From positions 1-28,426 of the IMG/VR virus record IMGVR_UViG_3300045000_000073: 28,426 nt of DNA. The stretch is one strand, 5' to 3'. This document shows, piece by piece, positions 7,932-15,203 of this stretch (within the stretch, counting starts at the first letter, position 1; every line of letters starts with the position of its first letter). Under the pieces are notes generated by a model. The model did not search any database. It was not told the DNA's origin and saw only the letters and a list, made by a program, of their open reading frames with translations. The position numbers and the translations under genes are program-made. This stretch comes from a virus. Its lineage: Duplodnaviria > Caudoviricetes.

Positions 7932-7976
7932 CCAGTACTGGGCGGTAACTATCTACAGACAGTAACGCGGCCCAGT
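7932..7976. repeat. Palindrome and imperfect inverted repeat upstream of terS
   Basis: CCAGTACTGG at 7932-7941; arms ACTGGGCGGTAACTATCT / AGACAGTAACGCGGCCCAGT at 7937-7976. Confidence 0.5.
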
Positions 7977-8008
7977 CGGGCGACCCTCCGAATCGAAGGA
8001 GGACGACC

Positions 8009-8542
8009 ATGGTGACATCAGACCCGGGCGTCAACCATCGACCACGATCGGGTAAGGGTCGATTCGTTCGCCGACCCGCCACTGCTCAGCGCGACGCCGC
8101 CGCCGCAGAACTACGTGCCGACGGCAAGACCTACCAGCAGATCGCCGACGAGCTCCACTTCAGTCATCGAGACCTTGCCCGCCGCGCCGTCGAGCGAGCC
8201 TTGGCCGCGACGGTCCGCGAGCCGGCAGCCGAACTGCGGCAGTTGGAGCTAATCCGCCTCGACTCCTTGTGGATGCAGGCCATGGGAGTACTCACCCGCG
8301 ACCACTTGACGGTATCGAACGGCAGGGTCGTCGAACTCAATGGCGAACCGGTCAAGGACGATGCCCCGATCCTCAACGCCATCGACCGACTCCTGAAGAT
8401 CATGGAGCGGCGGGCGAAGCTGACCGGTCTTGACGCCCCGGCCAAGGTCGAGGTGATGACCCTTGAGTCGATCGACGCTGAGATCGCCAAGCTCTCCCAG
8501 GAGCTTGGCGGAACTGAAACTCCAGAAGCTCCGGGAGCTTAA
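8009..8542 (+). CDS. terS: Terminase small subunit
   Basis: SD AAGGAGG. HTH AAELRADGKTYQQIADEL, helical middle, LKIMERRAKLTGLDAP C-terminus; overlaps terL. Confidence 0.85.
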   Translation: MVTSDPGVNHRPRSGKGRFVRRPATAQRDAAAAELRADGKTYQQIADELHFSHRDLARRAVERALAATVREPAAELRQLELIRLDSLWMQAMGVLTRDHLTVSNGRVVELNGEPVKDDAPILNAIDRLLKIMERRAKLTGLDAPAKVEVMTLESIDAEIAKLSQELGGTETPEAPGA

Positions 8543-10055
8543 GGCCCTTCGCGCCGAGAAGGGGCGCCGCGAGTCCGCTGCGCTGGCGGACGTTGATGTT
8601 TTCGCGATCCTCGGCTACGAGCCGCACCCCAAGCAGCGCGAGTTCCACTCGGCGACCGAGTTCGACGTGCTGTACGGGGGCAGTGCCGGCGGCGGCAAAT
8701 CGTTTGCGATCGTCGCTGAGGGCGTCAAGAACGCCGCCCGCTACCCGGGCATGCGGGTTCTGGTGGTGCGGCGAACCTACGACGAGCTCAACGAGTCGAT
8801 CTTTCCGGCCCTGAGGAAGTTCGACTACGCGAAAGCGCTTGGCGCCACCTGGAACGGCAGCGAACGGGAACTGCGCTTCCCCAACGGCAGCGTGATCCGG
8901 TTTCGGTACCTGGAGACCCTTGACGACGCATCCCGGCGCCAGGGCGGCGAGTACCAGCTCCTCCTTGTCGACGAAGCGACGCTCATGCCACCGGGCGTGG
9001 TGGACATCCTCCGCTACGAGCGGCTGCGCTCCTCCGGCGACATTCCGATCATCGGGGTGCGCTCAACGACCAACCCGGGCGGCCCCTCGCACGGCGAGGT
9101 CAAGAAGCGCTACATCGAGGCCACCGACCACGGCGCTATGGTCGCCACCGACGACAATGGGTTGACGGTCCGCTTCATCCAGGCGAGGGCCACCGACAAT
9201 CCCCACCTCGATGAGGGCTACCACCGCCGCCTGGACGCCATCCCAGATCCGCAGCGGCGGGCCGCGATGCGGGACGGGGACTGGGGCCAGTTTTCCGGGC
9301 AGATGTTCACCGAGTTCCGTTGGGACCGGCACGTCATCGACCCGATCACACTGCCGGCCCAGTGGAAGCGGTACAACGGCGTCGACTGGGGCTACACCAA
9401 GCCGTGGGCGGTCCTGTGGGCTGCGATCGACGAAGACACGCGGCTGTGGTTCTACCGGGAAATCTACGAGACGCAGGTCGGTGAAGCCGAGCAGGCCAGG
9501 ATGATCCTGGCCGCCGAAGCTGCCGGCGAGCAGGTGTCGGGCCGGTTCGCCGACGACGCGATGTGGGCGACCCGTGGGGATGCGAAGCCGATCGCGGACA
9601 TCTACAGCGAAAACGGGGTGTGGCTGACCGCGGCCGGCAAGGGTCCGGGCAGCCGGGTCGCGGGCTGGCAGCGCTGGCACTCATATCTCGCCGAGGGTCC
9701 TGCCTGCCCACATCACCGCGCGATGGGCTGGCCGACTTGTCCCCGCGTGCACATCTTCCGCACCTGTCCGAAGCTGCTTTTCGAGCTGGAGAATCTTCCG
9801 TACGCCACCAAGGGCGCCAACCCGGAGGACGCAGACACTCACGCACCCGACCATGCCATGGACGCCGGTCGATACCTCCTTTTGAACGTGGGCAGCGAAC
9901 CGGGCTGGGTGTTTCCGTCGGAGATGCCGGCCGACGCGCTCGACGGGCCGCCCGATCCGAACGCAGTCGACCCCGCAGCCGCCGTGCCCGCCGTGCCGAA
10001 CATCGGCGGCTTCCCGATCCTGCACGGCAACAGCCCGTGGGGTGCCGCGTACTGA
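8463..10055 (+). CDS. terL: Terminase large subunit
   Basis: Q motif PHPKQ, Walker A GGSAGGGKS, Walker B LLLVDEA, coupling motif TTNPGG, nuclease GVDWG...DHAMDAGRY. Start could be 8463 or 8505. Confidence 0.95.
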   Translation: MSRSTLRSPSSPRSLAELKLQKLRELKALRAEKGRRESAALADVDVFAILGYEPHPKQREFHSATEFDVLYGGSAGGGKSFAIVAEGVKNAARYPGMRVLVVRRTYDELNESIFPALRKFDYAKALGATWNGSERELRFPNGSVIRFRYLETLDDASRRQGGEYQLLLVDEATLMPPGVVDILRYERLRSSGDIPIIGVRSTTNPGGPSHGEVKKRYIEATDHGAMVATDDNGLTVRFIQARATDNPHLDEGYHRRLDAIPDPQRRAAMRDGDWGQFSGQMFTEFRWDRHVIDPITLPAQWKRYNGVDWGYTKPWAVLWAAIDEDTRLWFYREIYETQVGEAEQARMILAAEAAGEQVSGRFADDAMWATRGDAKPIADIYSENGVWLTAAGKGPGSRVAGWQRWHSYLAEGPACPHHRAMGWPTCPRVHIFRTCPKLLFELENLPYATKGANPEDADTHAPDHAMDAGRYLLLNVGSEPGWVFPSEMPADALDGPPDPNAVDPAAAVPAVPNIGGFPILHGNSPWGAAY

Positions 10056-10076
10056 CGAGCCCGCGGAGGTGTCCCC

Positions 10077-12263
10077 GTGGGTGTTGGTAGCCGCATCCGC
10101 GAGGCATTCCGCAGCGCTTTCAGGTCTTCGGTAGCCGAGGCGTCGCAGCCGGCGCCATCACTGGAGCCGCCAAAGCCGGAGCAGGTCCGTCGGGCCGGCT
10201 TCGAGTACGGCATTCCGTTCGGTGGGGCCGCAGTTTCGCAGCAGGTCGCGAACTCCCAAGAACGCGTCCAGATTCTCACCCAACTCCATCAGGCATACCT
10301 GACGTGCCCGTGGGTGTCGGCACCGATCGACCTGATCGCCCGCACCATCACTGCCGGCGGCGTGCAGATCGTCACCGACGACGAGGTGGCCGACGGCGAG
10401 GAACCGTTCGAGCCGGACGAGCTGACCCGGTTGCGTCGACTGCTTCGGTTCACCAACCCGCACGAAGACCTGGTCCAACTGCTCCGCAACGTATGCACGG
10501 ATCTGATGCTGTTCGGGGATGCGTTCATCGAAGTCGTCTTCTTGTTGGGCGAACCGGTCGCCTTGTACATGCTCGACGCGACCACGATGACGGTCATCTG
10601 CGACGCGCACGGCGAGGTCACCGGATACCACCAGCAGACCGACACCGGCAAGCAGGCGGAGTTCAGCCTCACTGAGGTTATCCACATCTCCCTCGACGCG
10701 CCTCGGGGCGGCATCTACGGGGTCAGCCCCGCCCAGAAGGCCATGCTGCCGATCACAGCGTGGCTGTTCTGCGAGGCGACGATCAAGGAATGCTTCCGGC
10801 GCGGCGACCCGGAGAGCATGCACGTCGATTTGGCCGGGTACACCGAAACCGAGGCGCAGACGTGGCTTGAGAAGTACAAGGTGTTCAACCTCGGGCCGAA
10901 GGCCGTCGGCACGCCGGTCGTCACCCGCAACGGCTCCCAGGTGAAGTCGCTTAACCCGCGCAAGGTCACCGACTACCTCGACACCTCGCGGCAGCTTCGC
11001 GACGAAATAATTGCCACATTTGGTGTACCGCCAGCCAAGTTGGGCATCATCGAGACCGGCAACCTCGGTGGCGGCAGCGGCGAGTCGCAGAACAAGACCC
11101 TGCGGATCAACACGGTCATCCCGTTGCAGTCCTTGGTGCTGGAGAAGCTCAACTACCACCTGCTCCAGGTCGGCTTCAAAATTACCGGCTGGCACCTAGA
11201 ATTCGATGAGATCGACTACCGAGACAGTGACGTGGTGGAGAAGATCCGCGACATGCGGATCCGCAACGGACTTTATGTGCTCAACCGCGGTCGTGACGAA
11301 ATCAACGAACCACCGGTTGAGGGCGGCGACGAGGCCGTCATCATCGAGCGGGAGAACATCACCCGCTGGCGGGATGTCGAAGCCGCGTCGCAGGCCGGGA
11401 TCGCCTCGAAGTTGAAGGGCACCGCACTGGAGCCGGGCCAGCCGAAGCCCGGCGAGGCCGTGGCCGTAGAGAAACCCGAACCGGCTCCGACCCCACCGCA
11501 GTTGGCGGCGTTCACTGGCGAGCAGCCGAACCCCGACGCGCCGGGCCAGAAGTTGGACGGAGCGGGCAAGACTCCGCCGCCGGCCGAACCGTTCCCGAGC
11601 AAGGATCGGCCCGGCGGTCCCGACGACGCCACACAGGGCAAGGCGCCACGGGAGAACCGCTACGACAGGGACTTCCGGCGCCTGTCCGAATCGTGGCAGC
11701 ACGCCTACCGGGCCCGCCGCAAGATGGCGCTGGCCGGGCTGCCCACCTTCGACGAACAGACGCCCGAGCCGAAGCCGCAAGATTCCTTGCCGGTCGACCC
11801 GTACTGGGATGCCGGGCAGCATACCCACAACGACCGGCCTGACTACACCCCCCAGGATCTGGGTGTGCCCAACCTGGAGCGGGTCATCGTCGACCCGCGT
11901 GACGTGCACGTGGACCACGCCTACCAGCGGCCCCGCCAGGAAGTACTGGTGCGCCACTACGCGGATGAGCCACGACAGCGGCTCGCCGAACGTGTCGGGC
12001 TGCTCGCGCAACGGCCGGACGGAACGCTGTGGGTCATCGACGGCCAGCACCACAGCGCTGCCGCGATCGATGTTGGTATCACCGCGCTGACATACCAGCA
12101 GTTCGCTTCCAGCGGCCCAGTCATGGAGGCGCGCATCTACGCAGCCCTGCGGCTGTGGCATGGCCGACACCACGAGGACGAGCGCAGCAAGGCCACCAAG
12201 CCGGGACCGAAGACCCGAGTTCCCGGGATGCCCCAAGACCACACGGTCGCCGTCGGCAGGTAG
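10077..12263 (+). CDS. Portal protein with a Pro-rich linker and C-terminal ParB/DGQHR-like domain
   Basis: Follows terL. DLMLFGDAFIEV, GIYGVSP and IIATFGVPPAKLG are HK97-type portal motifs. Tail region has VDHAYQR...RPDGTLWVIDGQHH. Confidence 0.92.
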   Translation: MGVGSRIREAFRSAFRSSVAEASQPAPSLEPPKPEQVRRAGFEYGIPFGGAAVSQQVANSQERVQILTQLHQAYLTCPWVSAPIDLIARTITAGGVQIVTDDEVADGEEPFEPDELTRLRRLLRFTNPHEDLVQLLRNVCTDLMLFGDAFIEVVFLLGEPVALYMLDATTMTVICDAHGEVTGYHQQTDTGKQAEFSLTEVIHISLDAPRGGIYGVSPAQKAMLPITAWLFCEATIKECFRRGDPESMHVDLAGYTETEAQTWLEKYKVFNLGPKAVGTPVVTRNGSQVKSLNPRKVTDYLDTSRQLRDEIIATFGVPPAKLGIIETGNLGGGSGESQNKTLRINTVIPLQSLVLEKLNYHLLQVGFKITGWHLEFDEIDYRDSDVVEKIRDMRIRNGLYVLNRGRDEINEPPVEGGDEAVIIERENITRWRDVEAASQAGIASKLKGTALEPGQPKPGEAVAVEKPEPAPTPPQLAAFTGEQPNPDAPGQKLDGAGKTPPPAEPFPSKDRPGGPDDATQGKAPRENRYDRDFRRLSESWQHAYRARRKMALAGLPTFDEQTPEPKPQDSLPVDPYWDAGQHTHNDRPDYTPQDLGVPNLERVIVDPRDVHVDHAYQRPRQEVLVRHYADEPRQRLAERVGLLAQRPDGTLWVIDGQHHSAAAIDVGITALTYQQFASSGPVMEARIYAALRLWHGRHHEDERSKATKPGPKTRVPGMPQDHTVAVGR

Positions 12264-12277
12264 GGGAGGTGACCATC

Positions 12278-12343
12278 ATGAACCCCGGACACCCGACCCG
12301 CGCTGAAGATGTTGCGCCGCTGATCCAGAAGGTCATCGGCTGA
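12278..12343 (+). CDS. 21-aa mini-protein MNPGHPTRAEDVAPLIQKVIG, sharing PLIQKVI with the major capsid N-terminus
   Basis: SD GGGGAGGTG 6 nt before the ATG; occupies the portal-MuF gap. Confidence 0.6.
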   Translation: MNPGHPTRAEDVAPLIQKVIG

Positions 12344-12360
12344 GCGGGGCGGGAGGCGCG

Positions 12361-13356
12361 GTGCACCCGATCGTGCCTTTCGCCCGCACCGCCTACGCCC
12401 AAGGTTTCGCCGCATCGGGTGGCCCGCTCACCGAGCAGGTCAAAGCCGGCTGCCTCGCCGCCGTCGAACTCGCGGTAGCGCGCGCCGACGACCCGTACGT
12501 GCTGGAGGCCACGCTTCAGCTCGGGGCGCTGGAAGGAACCTGGGCGGCCGTCTACCAGCGCCGCGAGCAGATCCACAACAGCAACGAGCAGACCGTCCTC
12601 GCGGCATGGAAAGCGCTCGGGTTGGCGTCCCAGGCCGGCGAACTCGTCACCGCAGTACGGCAACAAGCGGGACTGACCGAAGCACTGCGGGACAAGGCGC
12701 ACGGCGTCGCCGATTGGGTTACCGCGCTGATCCGTCGCCTCTTCTCTTCTCGCGTCACAGTTGACGGCTGGCATCGCCTGACGGACGCGGTCACCTCCGC
12801 CTTGAACAAGGCCCGCGCCGAAGGCCAAGCTGCCGCGCTGGGCCTGGCCGCCAACCAGCAGGGCGTGATCGGGTTTTCCTTCACCATCGCGTTCGAGGAC
12901 GCCTATCGGGCGCTGGAAAACGCCTCCACGCTCACCGGCGCGGCCGAGGCTGACGGCTGGCTTTCGCGGATCGTCGGCGGCGTCGCCGAGGAGGTAGGCG
13001 CCCGGCTGGCCACCCTCACCCGAAACGGCGCCTCGTACGACGACATGATCGCCGTCGTCTCTGACCTCCTTGACGGCACCACGAGCCGATCCGTTCAGGC
13101 GGCGGTCGACCTGCTCACGTCCCGGGCGATGTCCCAGGGCGCCCTGGACCTGTACCGGTCCGAAGGCGTGACGCACGTCGACTTTTTCGATGCAGGCGAC
13201 GGCAGGGTCTGTCCGACTTGCTCGAAGGCTGCGTCAGCCAGCCCGTATTCGATTGCCGACGCGCCGCGTCCGGGTCTACACCCACGTTGTCGCTGCTGCG
13301 TAGTGGCAGCTGCGGACCTATCCCCGGACCTACTGGCGCGCTACGTCGTCGCCTGA
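12361..13356 (+). CDS. MuF/SPP1 gp7-like minor head protein
   Basis: SD GGGAGG; C-terminal DGRVCPTC...PGLHPRCRC signature; located after the portal. Confidence 0.88.
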   Translation: MHPIVPFARTAYAQGFAASGGPLTEQVKAGCLAAVELAVARADDPYVLEATLQLGALEGTWAAVYQRREQIHNSNEQTVLAAWKALGLASQAGELVTAVRQQAGLTEALRDKAHGVADWVTALIRRLFSSRVTVDGWHRLTDAVTSALNKARAEGQAAALGLAANQQGVIGFSFTIAFEDAYRALENASTLTGAAEADGWLSRIVGGVAEEVGARLATLTRNGASYDDMIAVVSDLLDGTTSRSVQAAVDLLTSRAMSQGALDLYRSEGVTHVDFFDAGDGRVCPTCSKAASASPYSIADAPRPGLHPRCRCCVVAAADLSPDLLARYVVA

Positions 13357-14180
13357 ATTCGGGCGTACACGAGAGCGCTGACATCAATCGCCTCCTGGAT
13401 CGCTAACTCGGGTAGGCGAACAACCCGCCAACCGGCAGCCGTCAGGTGACCGTCCCTTCGAGCGTCACGCTCGACGGTTCGCTTGTGCCAGTAGTCACCG
13501 TCAACCTCAATGGCGATGCGTTGGCTCGGCAGCGCAAAGTCAATGCTCCAGCGTCCGAACTTGTACTCTTGCTCAAAGTCAAGCCCGAGGCCGTCAAGCG
13601 CGGCTCGCACGGTGGCCTCAAGGCGGTTCTCTCCTCGATGGCGCCGATAGCATGCGAGCGAACAAAACTGGCGCCTCTTGGCGTCCGCGGGTGTCCTTCG
13701 GGCGACCTTGCTGCAGGTACGGCAGGTAATTGTCACAGGGGGACGGCGACAGGTTTCGGAGCAATAGTGTCGGTTGAGGTGCTTCTCTGCACGAAACCGG
13801 ACGCCGCAACGGATGCAGTCGACGTACTTGGTGTCGCGGGTCTTGCAGGCTACCGAGCAGGTGCGATACCGATCTGCGGTCGCTCCCTTGGAAATCGTGA
13901 ACTCCCGACCGCAGGCTGGACAAGTCTTCGTGACCGGGTTGGCGCGGCTAGCCTCATAGCACTCACGCCTACAGAACATGCGGTGTCGGTTGCCCGGCTC
14001 CCCAACGCTTCCGGTCTTTGGGTCAAAGCTGATGCCACATTGGCGGCAGGTGCGCTCCGGGATGGCGATTCTCTTTGCTAGTCCATAGCACACACGAGAA
14101 CAGAAGACGCGCTTTAGGGCCGCGCGGCTTTTGCGCCTGACTTTCTGACCACATTGGGCACACGTGAAGTCGAACGGCAC
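13341..14180 (-). CDS. Multi-Zn-finger protein with a C-terminal Vsr/DUF559-like endonuclease domain
   Basis: Five CxxC...CSxxC units, then LE...LGLDFEQEY...IDFALP...IAIEVDGDYWH...RRD..L...GWRVVRL. Confidence 0.85.
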   Translation of the reverse strand: MPFDFTCAQCGQKVRRKSRAALKRVFCSRVCYGLAKRIAIPERTCRQCGISFDPKTGSVGEPGNRHRMFCRRECYEASRANPVTKTCPACGREFTISKGATADRYRTCSVACKTRDTKYVDCIRCGVRFRAEKHLNRHYCSETCRRPPVTITCRTCSKVARRTPADAKRRQFCSLACYRRHRGENRLEATVRAALDGLGLDFEQEYKFGRWSIDFALPSQRIAIEVDGDYWHKRTVERDARRDGHLTAAGWRVVRLPELAIQEAIDVSALVYARIQATT

Positions 14181-14243
14181 GGTACCTGGGGTTCCCCTCT
14201 AGACTCATCTGTCACCGGTCGTAACAGCATCTATCTTAGCGGA

Positions 14244-14264
14244 ATTCCTTGCCGGGCAAGGAAT
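14244..14264. promoter_or_regulatory. Operator-like palindrome between divergent genes
   Basis: ATTCCTTGCC-G-GGCAAGGAAT: perfect 10-bp arms with a 1-nt spacer. Confidence 0.5.
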
Positions 14265-14332
14265 CCAGCGACTCAGCAACCAACATCCACGGCCGGCAGG
14301 TGTCGGCGCAACCAACCCCGCAAGGAGACAAC

Positions 14333-14716
14333 GTGCCCGCCTACACCCCGACCCAGATCGCCCAGCTACGAGACTCCTCCGTCAGCGTCCAGGCCGGCGG
14401 TGTCGCCACCGCCCCGACCGCGGGCACGGCGATCGCCACTGCAACCATCACCACGCCCGGCCTGTACGAGGTGACCGTCACCTACGCGCTCGGCGCCGGC
14501 ACCCCCGTCATCGGCGACGTCGGAAATATGAACGTCAAGCAGAACACCGTCGCGAAGACCGTTCTGCCGGTGCCGATCTCCGGCAACAACGCGCCCGTCA
14601 CGCTGCTCCTGCAGTGCGCTGTCAACGACACCGTCTCGGTGACTGCCGTCGCGAACGCGACCTCGGGTGTCGGCTACACGGCGGCGATCGTGGCCCGGCT
14701 CCTTGCCCCCGCCTGA
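14333..14716 (+). CDS. Beta-rich virion protein, possible head decoration
   Basis: SD AAGGAG before GTG 14333; T/V/A/G-rich beta-sandwich-like sequence in the head module. Confidence 0.7.
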   Translation: MPAYTPTQIAQLRDSSVSVQAGGVATAPTAGTAIATATITTPGLYEVTVTYALGAGTPVIGDVGNMNVKQNTVAKTVLPVPISGNNAPVTLLLQCAVNDTVSVTAVANATSGVGYTAAIVARLLAPA

Positions 14717-14759
14717 GCCCCCATTTCCGGTGTCGGCCCAGCGAGGGAAGGGATAGCTC

Positions 14760-15203
14760 GTGGCCGTGACGTTGCAGTTGCCTCCTACCTACCCGCTGGG
14801 TTCCGCGCCGGTCCACGACATGGGGCTGGTGTTGTCCGCCGCCGCCCGGACAACAGGTCAGAGCACTCCCGACATTCAGGGCACCAACTTCAAGGGCATC
14901 ACCGTCGTCTTGGACATGACCGCAGCCGGCAGCGGGTCGGTGTTCCTGACCATCGAGGGCAAGGACACGGCCAGCGGGAAGTACTTTCCGATCCTGGCCG
15001 GCGACGGTACCCATGCGATCGCCGTAAACGGCACCTTCGTGTACACGGTGTATCCGGGCATCACCGCCGTGGTGCCGCCGCTCACCGCATCGGCGGGTAG
15101 CGCCTCGGCGTCCGGAATCCTGCCCGCCACGTTTCGGATCACAGTATCGGCGGTCAACGCAAACGCGACTACGTACACAGTGGGGGCGGTGTTGACCACG
15201 TGA
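14760..15203 (+). CDS. Beta-sandwich virion protein, possible head decoration
   Basis: KGITVVLDMTAAGSGSVFLTIEGKDTASGKYF...YTVYPG; GTGA-coupled to the protease gene. Confidence 0.7.
   Translation: MAVTLQLPPTYPLGSAPVHDMGLVLSAAARTTGQSTPDIQGTNFKGITVVLDMTAAGSGSVFLTIEGKDTASGKYFPILAGDGTHAIAVNGTFVYTVYPGITAVVPPLTASAGSASASGILPATFRITVSAVNANATTYTVGAVLTT

Noticed and set aside
12263-12361. Read-through or fusion of the mini-ORF with the portal or MuF
   Set aside because: The three genes are in three different frames, each has its own SD, and no slippery site was seen.
13446-14081. 211-aa + strand ORF in the operon direction
   Set aside because: It is antisense to the clearly motif-bearing Zn-finger/Vsr gene and has poor codon bias.
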